Assembly (NCBI GenBank): GCA_963771885.1
Contig: CAVYVF010000022.1
Coordinates: 64,001 to 128,000 of the forward strand
From: Candidatus Bathyarchaeota archaeon
Lineage (GTDB): Archaea; Thermoproteota; Bathyarchaeia; TCS64
Reading direction: 5' to 3'
DNA: 64,000 nucleotides
In this document: one piece after another, positions 37,671-48,152 of the stretch
Numbering within the stretch: the stretch's first letter is position 1
Layout of the letters: every line of letters begins with the position of its first letter
Notes under the pieces: generated by a model
The model's input: only the letters and a program-made list of their open reading frames with translations
The model's database searches: none
What the model was told of the DNA's origin: nothing
Program-made: the position numbers and the translations under genes

Positions 37671-39480
37671 CTAGCGGACACCGCCTCCGCCACCCCCGAA
37701 TCCACCGCCACCACCAAAGCCTCCACCCATCCTGCCGCCGCCTCCACCGCGTCCACTTGAGGGAGGTGAAGCCACGAAGATCGGGCGGAACCACAGGTAC
37801 ATCATAGGTTGGTACCGGGCGACTTCGATGTCTATTTTGAGCTCCTTCATCGCCTGCGCGACACGGTCGCCGACGCCAAGTGCCGTCCCGTAGACGAGCC
37901 ACTCGCCCCACATCGAGAGGTCCTCGGCTGCCATACTTCTTGAGCTGGGCCATGTCGCCAAGGTGGTTACGGAAGGCGTCCCACTCGAGCTTCTCCTTGA
38001 ACATGCCGGGGAGCCACCTGCCAAATAGCGTTGAGGGGAACATCACGGCGATGACCGCCTCGATTATGGCAAGCATTCCGAGCAGGAAGGGTGTGACGAG
38101 GGTGTAGCCGACGACGGGTGAGAATATGAGGAGTATGATCGCCGTGGCGAGTACAGCCGCGCCGGGGAGGAAAGCGGGGATGAGCCTGCTCCTGCCGCCC
38201 ACCGCGAAGCCCTTTACAACGTTGCCGTTACCCTCCGTCGTAAGCTCGACGAGGTCGTTCTTCACCGCCATACCATGTGCGTAGCTTCCCTTGCCCCTCT
38301 TAATGTCGTGGGCTAGCTCCTTCAGCGTGTCCGTGTCGAAGGCGTCACCCACGGCGTTCTTCTGGAGGAACCCTATGACCTTCTCCTCGTACTTGTCCTC
38401 CGCTTTAGCGTCGAGGACGCGTATCTTCATCCCGCCTTCACGGGGCTCCAGCCTTATCTTCTTCCTCATGTGCATGTCGAGGAGCGTCGCGTAGAAGCCG
38501 TCCTCGTCAAAGTCGAAGACGTCCTTTCTGAAGACGAGGTTGACAAGCCACGGCTTTCTCTTCCTGTTGGGAACCGTGCTAAGGTAGGTGGGCACTGTGA
38601 CGTCCTCCTCTCGCCCGTGGCGAGACCAGATGAGATAGATGAGAACAGGGACGACGAGCACAGCGGCGTAGCTCGCGTAACCTACCCATGTCGCCGCGTT
38701 GTAGCCGAGGCTATACCAGAAGTTCGCGCTCTCAGTCTTCCCCTTCACATCCGAGACAGGGGAGTAGAAGCCGGGGAAGTCGCTCCCAGACGCCATAAGC
38801 AGCTCGACCTCGACTAGTTCATCCTCCGCAGCGCTACCAGTGATAACGTAGCGGTTGCCTTCACGAGTCACCTTGAGGCTCGGCGGGTGGGCGTATACCG
38901 CAGAGATGTAGGCGGCGTCCTCGATTACGACCGTCACCTTCTGATACGGTGCATGGACGCTCGCAAGCATCAGGTTAAGGTGCTTGTAGCTGGAGTCGTA
39001 CTCGATCGGTGGAAACAGATTCCACTCGTAGGAGATGTCGTATGATCCCACTGAGAATCTTGGTGCGTAGTAGCAACCCGCCTCATTATACTCGGCGAGG
39101 CTGTCTATCGTCGATTCGATAAAGGGGTTGTCGGCGCCGGGCGTGAGGATAGTTACGATGCCGTACCTATCCTTGACGTATGCAACGGAGTCTGGCGGAG
39201 GTGTGACGCTCACAGGCTGGATGTATGGTGAACCCTGCGGCTGAAGCGATACGGGGACCTCCCAGCTCCGGTAAAGCATCCTGTACTGGTCGCCCTCAGT
39301 GAACGTGTATGTGAATGACTCAGCAAGTGTACCGTCTGGGAAGATGTGTGCCTCGTAGCTACTTACAACAGCGGGGCCCGAGAGGCCGAAGCCGCCAAGG
39401 GTCGTAGTGACGGCTATACCAACAAGTCCAAGGGCGAGGCCGAGGATGACGATCGTCGCTATCTGCCTAGTCTCGACCAT
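37671..39480 (-). CDS. DUF2207 family membrane protein; frameshift near 37931
   Basis: Typical lemA partner; [17 protein letters not shown] and Gly-rich GGGFGGGGG tail (tail in ORF 37671-38024). Confidence 0.85.
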
Positions 39481-40048
39481 CTACGCCAATCCCCGTGACC
39501 TTCGGCGGAGACTCCACCTCGTCGCCAAACCTCAAGTACTCCAGCTTCTCCATGCCGAGTATCCCCGCAACAAAGTTCGAGGGAATCGTGTCCCTCATCG
39601 TGTTGAACTCCTGGACGATGTTGTTGTAGGTGTACCTGTGGCGCCCTATCTCGTCCTCTAGGCTGACTATCGCCTCCATAAGGTTCTTGACGATGTCCGA
39701 GGCTTTGAGGTCTGGATACGCCTCGGCTACGGCGCGTATACTCCCGAAGAGGCTTGCGCTCTCCCTCTGCAAGTTCGCTAGATTGGCGGGCCCGGCGCCC
39801 ATCACCTGCGCACGAAGCGTCGCTACCTTCTCGAAGACCTCTCTCTCGAACTTCGTGTATCCCTTGACGGCGCCGAGCAACTGCTCGATCATGTCGAACC
39901 GCTTCTTCATCGCTACCCTGATCTGTCCCAGCTCTGCCTCCGAGGCATTCTTGAACCTGAATAGTCTGTTATAAAAGGTCACGAAGACCAGAACAAGGAC
40001 GATGAGGACGACCGCCAACGCGCCTAGGCCAAGCGTGAATGTGTCCAA
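39467..40048 (-). CDS. lemA: LemA family protein
   Basis: N-terminal TM, YNRL, KKRFD.I..L, AEAYPDLKA, YN..V..FN....PSN.VA. Confidence 0.92.
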   Translation of the reverse strand: MDTFTLGLGALAVVLIVLVLVFVTFYNRLFRFKNASEAELGQIRVAMKKRFDMIEQLLGAVKGYTKFEREVFEKVATLRAQVMGAGPANLANLQRESASLFGSIRAVAEAYPDLKASDIVKNLMEAIVSLEDEIGRHRYTYNNIVQEFNTMRDTIPSNFVAGILGMEKLEYLRFGDEVESPPKVTGIGVDGRD

Positions 40049-40231
40049 GCCACTCCCCTAAATTCAAGGATTGCACCGATGTTAAAAGCAATCCGCCTAT
40101 AGGCTCTATAGATTACGCAGGGTAGATAAAACAAGCCAATAAAGGGACATATTAAGCATCTGCATTTTAAGATACGAGGCAAAGTGGGGTGGATTAAAGG
40201 CTAATAAGTGCGTCGCAGTCTAGAGGCAAGC

Positions 40232-40525
40232 ATGGAACCAGCCCTCCGCGGCATCATCGAGAAGGTCATCGACGAGGAGCTGAGCGAAGAAAAGCTCAGC
40301 AGCAACTACGGCGTCTTCGGGGCGTTCAAGGACAGAGGGCTAATCGACTCGGTCAGCTCGGCGATGTTCGGCCGCGTCTATATGCGCGCCTACCAGGCAT
40401 GGCTCGACTACAAGGCTAGCCACGCCGAGGAGCCGCGCCCAGAAGAGGCAGTGGAACTCGTCAGGATATTCGAAAGCCGCGCCATCGAGATAAAGTCGAA
40501 GATAAGCGAGATCGCGAGCCTCTGA
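40232..40525 (+). CDS. Hypothetical protein
   Basis: Clean ORF with host-like codon usage. Confidence 0.6.
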   Translation: MEPALRGIIEKVIDEELSEEKLSSNYGVFGAFKDRGLIDSVSSAMFGRVYMRAYQAWLDYKASHAEEPRPEEAVELVRIFESRAIEIKSKISEIASL

Positions 40526-40556
40526 AGGAAACAGTTAACCGGGATAGTGCGCCTAT

Positions 40557-41348
40557 TTGTTGAACGGCTTGGCGCCAGAGGAGAACTTCCTATCGGACGC
40601 AGAGTACCCCGAATATATCTCGGGGCTCGGCGGTCTTCGTAGCCGCATAGCCGGCGCCATACCCCTCGAGCCTAGAATGCGCGTCCTAGACGGGGCAGCC
40701 GGCTCCGCCCAGTTCGCGATCGAACTCGCTAAAAGGGATCCAACACTAAAAATCGTCGCAATAGATGTCTCCGAGCGTACTGTACGCTCCGCCGAGCGCA
40801 GGGTAAAGGAGAAGTGGCTTGACTCCAGCGTGACGACGCTGATGATGGACTCGACCCACCTTGACTTCCAGCCCTCCACCTTCGGCCTAGCCACCAACTT
40901 CATGGGACTCGACGACATCCACACGACGCGCGGTCCCCAGGGAGTACGGCAGAGTATACAGGAGGTCGCGCGCGTCCTCAAGCCTCGAGGCTTCTTCTGC
41001 TTCACCATCATCCCACCCGAGGAAGCGGAGACACCAGCTCAGCGCCTCGAATGCGAAGCCTATTCACACGCCTGCGGCGCCACTTGGCTACCGACTATAA
41101 AGTACCAAGAGTTCCTACGCGGCGCCGGCTTCACACTCCTCAAGAAAGAGACCTTCTTTACGGGGAAGAAACTCAATGCTGAGCAGGCGATGCAGCAACT
41201 CGGCGAGGCGATAGAGAAGGCACAAGCACATAACGTCGAGACATTACCCCTCGACGAGGTGTGGAAACGTTTCGGCACAGAGATCACTAAGAATGGTCTA
41301 GGCCACTGCTCGAGAAGCGTCCTCATGATTGCGAGGAAGAACGCCTAA
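40557..41348 (+). CDS. Class I SAM-dependent methyltransferase
   Basis: VLDGAAGSA, AIDVS, RVLKPRG. Confidence 0.85.
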   Translation: MLNGLAPEENFLSDAEYPEYISGLGGLRSRIAGAIPLEPRMRVLDGAAGSAQFAIELAKRDPTLKIVAIDVSERTVRSAERRVKEKWLDSSVTTLMMDSTHLDFQPSTFGLATNFMGLDDIHTTRGPQGVRQSIQEVARVLKPRGFFCFTIIPPEEAETPAQRLECEAYSHACGATWLPTIKYQEFLRGAGFTLLKKETFFTGKKLNAEQAMQQLGEAIEKAQAHNVETLPLDEVWKRFGTEITKNGLGHCSRSVLMIARKNA

Positions 41349-42523
41349 AGAAGGTACAGCGTCCTCTCGGTGTTGTTGAGGAACCTGAGCCCTTTCCTCG
41401 TCACGAGGACGGTGTCTTCAAGCTCCAAGCCTCCCCAGCCGAGGTCTAGGTAGGGACAGCTCACGCTAAGAACCATGCCCTCCTCGAGCGGCGTCTTGTC
41501 CCCTGGGGAGATCCACGGCTTCTCATTGCACTCTACACCTATACAGTGGCCGAGGCTCATACTGCACTCCTTGACACCACCCTTCTCGAGAACCTTCTGC
41601 GCCGCCTCGTAGACGGCAGCAATCGTGTTCCCTGGCTTCGCGGTGTCGAAGGCGGCCTCCTGCGCGTCTATCACGGTAACGAGCCGCTTCTCCGCCTCGG
41701 GTGAGGCCTTGCCTAGAACCGCGGTGCGCGTCACCTTGCCATTGTAGTGTGCCCATGTGGTGCCGAGACTCATCCTTATCAGATCACCCTTCTGGAGGGC
41801 GAGAGTCGTCGGTACAGGGTTCGGGTATGCGCTACGCTCGCCGAAGCCTATGTTGTCGCTCGTCACTCTGCCACCGTCTTCAGCGACGCTATAGCTGAAC
41901 ATGCGACTCAGATCTAGCTCCATGATACCCGCTTGCGCAATCTCGAGGGCGTCCTCCATCGACTTCTCCGCGATCTCCGTCGCCTTCTTGATCAGCTCAA
42001 CTTCCTCAAGCGTCTTCACCATCCGGATCTCATCGAGGAGCTTTGAGCCGTCGACTATCTTGGCGTCGGGGAGGTTGCGCTTTATGTTCTCCCAGCGGGA
42101 AGGTGTGACACCGCTGCCGTCGACAGCAATCGTCTTCTTGGCGTAGCCTCTCGAGGTGGCGGCGATAACGAGTGAATCGCATGGCGTCTGCTCCACCTTC
42201 GCCTTCGTAGCATCGATTATCCTCTGCGTTATCTCGGAGGACTTGGAGTTCTGCGTCGAGTTGACCTTGAGGCAGCCATACCAATGGATGTCCTTAATCC
42301 AGGTGCCGCTCTCAGCGACAAGGTCGGCCTCTGCGAGAGGCGCCATGAGGGCAGGCTCAGCATCGAGGGGGAGGAGCGTATACGCTTGCGTCCCACACCC
42401 CGTCAACATACCCGCGCCATAGTAGTCGGAGACATAGAAGACGTTCGACGGGGAGGCAGCGAGTATGGCGTCGACGCCGGCCCTCTCCATCACCTGCTTA
42501 GCCCGCTCCCTATTCAGAGGCAT
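41345..42523 (-). CDS. M24 family Xaa-Pro peptidase-like protein
   Basis: Creatinase N-domain, RMVKT.EE, TRT, GHCIG, LEEGMV, LEDT.LVT; several metal ligands appear substituted. Confidence 0.82.
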   Translation of the reverse strand: MPLNRERAKQVMERAGVDAILAASPSNVFYVSDYYGAGMLTGCGTQAYTLLPLDAEPALMAPLAEADLVAESGTWIKDIHWYGCLKVNSTQNSKSSEITQRIIDATKAKVEQTPCDSLVIAATSRGYAKKTIAVDGSGVTPSRWENIKRNLPDAKIVDGSKLLDEIRMVKTLEEVELIKKATEIAEKSMEDALEIAQAGIMELDLSRMFSYSVAEDGGRVTSDNIGFGERSAYPNPVPTTLALQKGDLIRMSLGTTWAHYNGKVTRTAVLGKASPEAEKRLVTVIDAQEAAFDTAKPGNTIAAVYEAAQKVLEKGGVKECSMSLGHCIGVECNEKPWISPGDKTPLEEGMVLSVSCPYLDLGWGGLELEDTVLVTRKGLRFLNNTERTLYLL

Positions 42524-42717
42524 AGACGAACGAATACCAAATACCCCTTATGCTTTTAAAATAAGCGACTTGAAAAAGGGCTGAAAACCGCTTTCAAACC
42601 GTTTTCAAGCCCGGTTACAAGCGAGATAACCGGCTTTTCGACCCCGAGGCACTCTATGACGAGTGCTCATATGAGTCGAAGAGGGCTTATACAGTTAATA
42701 GACATTTCTCAGTGGGC

Positions 42718-43748
42718 ATGGGAGAGCACACGCGTGTCGTCGAGTGGCTGCTCGAACCGGGGCACCCTTGGGTGAGGTATAACACCCTCGACCAGCTACT
42801 CGAAAAGAAGAATGAGGCAAGCGAAGCACTCGCGGAGGCGATGCTTAGCCCACCCGCCTCGAAGATACTCGAGCACGTGGACGCCGATGGGGGATTCTCC
42901 GACGCCACAGCAGCTAAGAAGTGGGGGGAAGCCGCCGTCAGATCGGGCTACGTCCCCAAGTACAGAGGGGCGGCGTGGAAGCTTCTCTTCCTCGCAGAAC
43001 TCGGCGCTGACCCATCTCACCCTAAGGTGAAAGCCCTCGGAGAGGGCATCCTGAAGAACGCCTTCTCAGAGCGCCATGGCACCTTCTACATCCCACTGGA
43101 GTACGGCGGGTACCCCGAGTACACACTCATCCCCTGCTTCATGGGCAACATGGTCTGGGCGCTGACCCGACTTGGTTTAGGTACTCGTCCTGAGGTCCGC
43201 TCCACCTTCGACTGGCTAACAAAGTACCAGAGATTCGACGACGGCAACTGGAGACCGCCGACCGAGTTCCCATATAAGGGAAGCCGCGACAGGTGCTGGG
43301 GCAGGCACACGTGCTACTGGGGGGTCACGAGTTATCCTGAGAGCGATGACTGTCGTGCCCAAGGGGTTCTGGACGCCGCAGGCATATAGAGCAAAGCGAA
43401 GTGGAGTAGACTTCGTCCTCGCCCACCGCCTCCTATGGAGCAGCCACACGCCTGACCGCCCAATCGCTACCAAGAACACGAGGCCACAGCGCCTAACGGC
43501 TCCGCAGACTTACTATCAGGATGCCATCGAAATTACATCAACGATGCTCAGGCTTGGTGCACATGGCGCAGCCGTTGACGAAGCCATCGAATACATCCTT
43601 TCTAAACGGAACACCGAGGACAGATGGCTGCCTGGAGAACTCACCGGGGCCACTCGACGCCCCCTTCGATGTGAAGGAGAGGGAAAGCAAGTGGATAACC
43701 TTCCGCGCCTTACGCATGCTGAAGCTGGCGGGCAAGCTAGACCTGTAA
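42718..43748 (+). CDS. Prenyltransferase/squalene-oxidase repeat-like hypothetical protein; frameshifts near 43333 and 43630
   Basis: WLLE...PWVRY, Y.PKY....W.L..LAELG, QRFDDG, C-terminal SKWIT.RAL. Confidence 0.7.
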
Positions 43749-44007
43749 ACACGATGTCGACCATAATCATCGGGTCTAGGGTAGGGTCTACAAGTAAAAA
43801 CTCCACATTAACCGACCCCAAATACATTAGACATGTAGAAAAGGGGTGATTATCAAGCCTATTATACTGAATCGTGACTTAAAATAACCCTATTCTAGGG
43901 CTAACTATACACACAGAATAAGCCCTATTCGAGCACTTTTTCGCTACGTCTATATATTCGATCCCCGATATGCATCAGGTTCAGCGAAATGTTCACGGGG
44001 GATAGGC

Positions 44008-45192
44008 ATGAAAATTATAGATCAGATACGGGGCTGGGGGAGTCTATTCATCCTAGCCGCCGCATCCTCCCTTCGAGGCATCCGTGACAACCTACGCACA
44101 GTCGTCCTACAGCCGTTCGCTATCAGCCTCGGCCTAGACATGCAGCAAGTGGGCTCACTCGAGAGCCTCGCCGACTTAGTCAAGCTCCTCCTAGAACCGG
44201 CCTTCGGCGTCGTCAGCGACTCGCTAGGGCGCAAGAGGCTGCTAATACTCAGGGAGTGCGTCGCCGTCGGCGCCCTACTGCTACTGCTCTTCGCGAGGAG
44301 CTGGGAGTACCTCTTCATCTCGATGCTCTTGATAGGCGTCTCGAACAGCCTCGTCTCGGTATGGAGCACACTCGTGGCGGAGGTAGCGCCCACAGGTCGG
44401 CTGGGCTTCATCTACAGCATCATGGGAGCCTGTTACACAGGGGCGGGTCTAATTGGTACTCTAGGCTCGGGCTACATAGCTGGCACCTTCGGTTACGGCG
44501 CCGTCTACACCATAGCCACACTCGTAGCCTTTACGAGCCTAGCCCTCGTCTGGCTAAAACTACCCGAGACTAGAAGCGACGCCCCATCCAAGGTAGAAAT
44601 TGGTAAAACGCTCTCATCATACCTCCGGGCGCTCAACCCTCCCAAGGAACTGAGGGGCTTCTACGTAGCAATGGGACTCGACCTCCTCGCTTTCTCAATG
44701 GGGATGAGGCTAATGGCGGGTATGCTCAACTCGGGCTACGGCTACACGCCGTGGATGATCGCCCTCTACACGACAGCGATGACACTCACCCAGGCTGGAG
44801 CACAGATACCCCTTGGCCGCCTCGCAGACAGGTTCGGCTACGGCAGATTCATGGCGATCAGCCAGTTCCTAGCCTCGATAGCCCTCGCCACCATGATCTG
44901 GTCTAAAGACCTAGTCATCATCGTCGCCGCGAATCTCCTCTTCGGTCTAGCGAACGCCTTCTGGATACCCGCCGAGCAGGCGTGGATAGCCGACAACGTC
45001 GATCCGAAGCGGAGGGCACAGTCACTCGGCAGCTTCTCCACGTTCCGAGGCCTCATCGGGCTACCAGCCCCGATAATAGGAGGAATCCTCTTTGACGCCT
45101 ACGGCTTCGATGTGCCAGTGCTGATGAACCTCATAATCGCCTTCATCGACGGCGTCGTCATACTCGCCTGGGTTAAGGACCGGCGCCGCTAA
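44008..45192 (+). CDS. MFS transporter
   Basis: GVVSDSLGRKR and GRLADRFG motifs, about 12 TM helices. Confidence 0.9.
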   Translation: MKIIDQIRGWGSLFILAAASSLRGIRDNLRTVVLQPFAISLGLDMQQVGSLESLADLVKLLLEPAFGVVSDSLGRKRLLILRECVAVGALLLLLFARSWEYLFISMLLIGVSNSLVSVWSTLVAEVAPTGRLGFIYSIMGACYTGAGLIGTLGSGYIAGTFGYGAVYTIATLVAFTSLALVWLKLPETRSDAPSKVEIGKTLSSYLRALNPPKELRGFYVAMGLDLLAFSMGMRLMAGMLNSGYGYTPWMIALYTTAMTLTQAGAQIPLGRLADRFGYGRFMAISQFLASIALATMIWSKDLVIIVAANLLFGLANAFWIPAEQAWIADNVDPKRRAQSLGSFSTFRGLIGLPAPIIGGILFDAYGFDVPVLMNLIIAFIDGVVILAWVKDRRR

Positions 45193-46195
45193 CTGCCCAC
45201 TCATAATACCCAGGGTCACTACTCCCGCTTATCCTTTCGATGAGCGCCGCGACCTCACTCGTCGTCGAGGTCTCATGTACATCCTGTCTGAGGCTACGAA
45301 GGTTCTGGCACCCAGTGAAGTACTCGGGGAGTATCCTTCGCATCTTGACCGCGGCGCTCACGTCACCGTAGTACTCGGCGAGGTACCGCATGTGTAGTAG
45401 GCACGTCTCCTTTTTCTCGTCGATCGTCGGCGGGATATACACGTCACCGTTGAGAGTGGTTATGATCTCGGGGACGATCCACGGGTTGCCAATTATGCCT
45501 CTTCCGGGCATGACAGCGGCGACGCCCGCCTTCTCAATCATCTCCACTGCGTCCCTACCTGTGAAGACGCCTCCGTTACCTACAACGGGGATAGAGACGG
45601 CTTCCACGACGCGCCTCATCTCCCCATGGTCAACGGGCATGCCCCACTTCTTCTCGCCGCTTCTCCCGTGGACAGTGACCGCCGAGACACCGACGTCCTC
45701 AAGCATTCGGCACAGCTCAACGGCGTTAAGTGCCTCCTTGGTCAGACCGAGCCTCATCTTACAAGTGACGGGTATGGTGACTACTCCGATGACCGCGGAT
45801 GCGATACCCACTGCCTTCTCAATGTCGCCCATGAGGGATATGCCGGCTCCCTGCCTCGCCACCTTGTTTATCGTGCAACCCATGTTGATATCGACGTACG
45901 CGAAGCCAAGTCCCTCAACTATGCGCGCTGCCTCAGCCATACTCTCCTGATTTGATCCGACGAGCTGGACGCCCTCGCAGCCCGCTCCCTCAGTCCGGGC
46001 GAGCATCCTTACAGTCTTTGTACCGCCATGCACGATGGCGGAGGCACTGACCATCTCGGTGATTACGAAAGGGGGGTGAAAACTTGCCATTACACGCCGG
46101 TAGGGGTAGTCAGTATAGTCGGCAAGCGGCGGAAGGAGCAGCTTCGCCTCCCTGACAAGCCCCGCGAATCGTTCGTCTGCCACGGCGCCCCTCAC
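45173..46195 (-). CDS. tRNA-dihydrouridine synthase (DusB/NifR3-like)
   Basis: TD.PYR, TEMVS, DINMGC, PVTCKMRLG, VHGR, GNGGV, GRG..GNPW. Confidence 0.88.
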   Translation of the reverse strand: MRGAVADERFAGLVREAKLLLPPLADYTDYPYRRVMASFHPPFVITEMVSASAIVHGGTKTVRMLARTEGAGCEGVQLVGSNQESMAEAARIVEGLGFAYVDINMGCTINKVARQGAGISLMGDIEKAVGIASAVIGVVTIPVTCKMRLGLTKEALNAVELCRMLEDVGVSAVTVHGRSGEKKWGMPVDHGEMRRVVEAVSIPVVGNGGVFTGRDAVEMIEKAGVAAVMPGRGIIGNPWIVPEIITTLNGDVYIPPTIDEKKETCLLHMRYLAEYYGDVSAAVKMRRILPEYFTGCQNLRSLRQDVHETSTTSEVAALIERISGSSDPGYYEWAVSGAGP

Positions 46196-46296
46196 CCGAT
46201 GCTACTCGCCACGCCGCCGCGGTATAATAGGCTTAGCTGAGCACAAAACCTGAATAACTGTTTTTAACAACGCCTACATAGAGAACCTGATCAAGT

Positions 46297-46761
46297 TTGA
46301 ACCTCGACAAACCCATAAAGAAGTTCATGAAGAAGAACCCGCTCTTTGTCTCCCCAATAGACAGCCTCGGAGATATAGCAGACTCCATGGGGAAAGAGAA
46401 GAAGGACATCGCCGTCGTCAGAGACAAGAAAGGCGAGGTACTGGGGCTAGTCACTAGCCACGACCTCTTCGACGCCATGAGGACCTGGATCCTACAAAAG
46501 GACATGCTTGAACAGATACCCAAGGAGGTGCGGATGCTGAAGGTCAGCAGCATAATGAAGGGAGCCTACACGAAGGAGTTTATGGAGGCATGCGGTTTGA
46601 CCGGCACGAACGTCTGCATTACACTTGGCGAGGACGATACGCTCACGAACGCGATTAGGGTGATGTCAGTTACCGGCCTCGACCATATTCTGATAAGCGG
46701 AGAGGGCGGTGTCGTCGGGACGCTCAGCGACGACGACCTCATCAGAGCCCTCGTCGATTAG
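46297..46761 (+). CDS. CBS domain pair protein
   Basis: Two CBS motifs (LGLVTSHDL, VVGTLSDDDL). Confidence 0.8.
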   Translation: MNLDKPIKKFMKKNPLFVSPIDSLGDIADSMGKEKKDIAVVRDKKGEVLGLVTSHDLFDAMRTWILQKDMLEQIPKEVRMLKVSSIMKGAYTKEFMEACGLTGTNVCITLGEDDTLTNAIRVMSVTGLDHILISGEGGVVGTLSDDDLIRALVD

Positions 46762-48074
46762 GGCGTGATGACGCCCATTCCGTTCTTGAACTCGAGCTCG
46801 GTGCCATAGAGCTTCGACAGGCGCGCTAGATCGTTTATTATCTTCTTCGCCTGATTGCCCTTCGCCAGTCGCGGCACTCCGGCTGTCGTCCTCTGCTCGG
46901 CGAGCGGCTTTTTCGGGTCGTAGTCGAGCACTATGGGTATGCAGCGTATCTCCTTAAGCGTGCCCTCCGCATAATCTATCTCGGCAACGAAGCTCTCCCA
47001 GTAGCTCGGATCCTCGAAGAAGACAGCCGGCGGCGCCTCACGCTTCTCGTAGAGCTCCACAGTCGACTGCTCACCTGTGAGGCCCCAGAGGTCGAAGAGG
47101 TCGCCAGGCTGCCTCCGGATCAATGTGCTCTGGAAGACGAAGTTACCTAGGCTGTAGAATATGGGCTTGCCCTTGTAGATCTCGATGCCCCTCATCACGT
47201 GGGGGCCGTGACCGAGGTAACCGTGGGCGCCGGCGTCAATCACCTTATGGGCGAACTCCTTAACCTCCTCCGGAGGCAGGTCGAGCTTCCTGTAGCCCTT
47301 TGGGGGGTGGACGCCTTGGAAGTGGTCGTGCATGCTGAAGAATACCCAATCGCTTAGCTGACACGCGTCCTTGACGGCACGCAGGTTGCCATCTACATCG
47401 GCCTTCCGAGGAACATACTCGCGCCGTGTTTCGGCGCCCTTCATGAATTTGGTCTTCCTGTCGGGGAACCTGATGAAGGTCGGCTCGTTGACGAAGATGT
47501 CTGCGACGTGGTCGACGTCGACGACTATCCTCTTGAACTGTTCCCACTGCTCAGGCTTTAGGTGGTAGACTGTGTCGAGGTGGAACGGGTTGATACCGGG
47601 GCGGCCAGCGACGTCTTTCCTCGCATGGCTCGCGATGCCTAGGTCCCAAGTGCAAGCGGAGACAAAGCTGACGACTCCGCTGGGCGTGTCAACGAAAGCA
47701 GGCTCACGGGCAAGCGCTAGGTTAAACCCCGACCCTGAGTGAGCGAGCCCAACCCGGTCTAGGTTGCCCAGGGTCGCCCTTAGGCCCCCCTCACTGTAGT
47801 CCATCGCGTGGTTGTTCGCCGTGCTGCAGGCATCGAAGCCTATCTCCTTCAGGTCGTCAGCGACCTTAGGATCCGCCTGCCCGAAGGCATCGTACTTCCC
47901 CTCACCTATAGGATAGCCCTCGAAGCTATGGATAGCAATCTCGAGGTTGATGAACGAGACGTCGGCGTCCTTGATCCTTTTGAAGAGCGGCGCGACATCG
48001 GGTCTGCCACCATACACGCCTATTGGGCGTGCAATGAACGCGTCGCCAACGCAGAGGAGCTTAAGGTCCTTCAT
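46758..48074 (-). CDS. CapA family metallophosphatase-like protein
   Basis: VGD, NLE, ANNHAMDY, GHGPH...GIEIYKGKPIFYSLGNF. Confidence 0.9.
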   Translation of the reverse strand: MKDLKLLCVGDAFIARPIGVYGGRPDVAPLFKRIKDADVSFINLEIAIHSFEGYPIGEGKYDAFGQADPKVADDLKEIGFDACSTANNHAMDYSEGGLRATLGNLDRVGLAHSGSGFNLALAREPAFVDTPSGVVSFVSACTWDLGIASHARKDVAGRPGINPFHLDTVYHLKPEQWEQFKRIVVDVDHVADIFVNEPTFIRFPDRKTKFMKGAETRREYVPRKADVDGNLRAVKDACQLSDWVFFSMHDHFQGVHPPKGYRKLDLPPEEVKEFAHKVIDAGAHGYLGHGPHVMRGIEIYKGKPIFYSLGNFVFQSTLIRRQPGDLFDLWGLTGEQSTVELYEKREAPPAVFFEDPSYWESFVAEIDYAEGTLKEIRCIPIVLDYDPKKPLAEQRTTAGVPRLAKGNQAKKIINDLARLSKLYGTELEFKNGMGVITP

Positions 48075-48152
48075 GCCACAGCATATGCCCGGACGCGGTT
48101 ATAGCGTCTCCGCCCCGCGACTTTAAAACTGCGACACCCTCACAATACCACC

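Noticed and set aside
39784..39796. TGGCGGGCCCGG match to the tRNA 3' end as a possible att site
   Set aside because: It is only 12 bp, lies inside intact lemA and is on the wrong side of the tRNA for an integrated element.
45718..45730. TCAACGGCGTTAA, a 12/13 match to the 8011 operator
   Set aside because: It lies in the middle of the dus coding sequence as a single copy and is probably chance.
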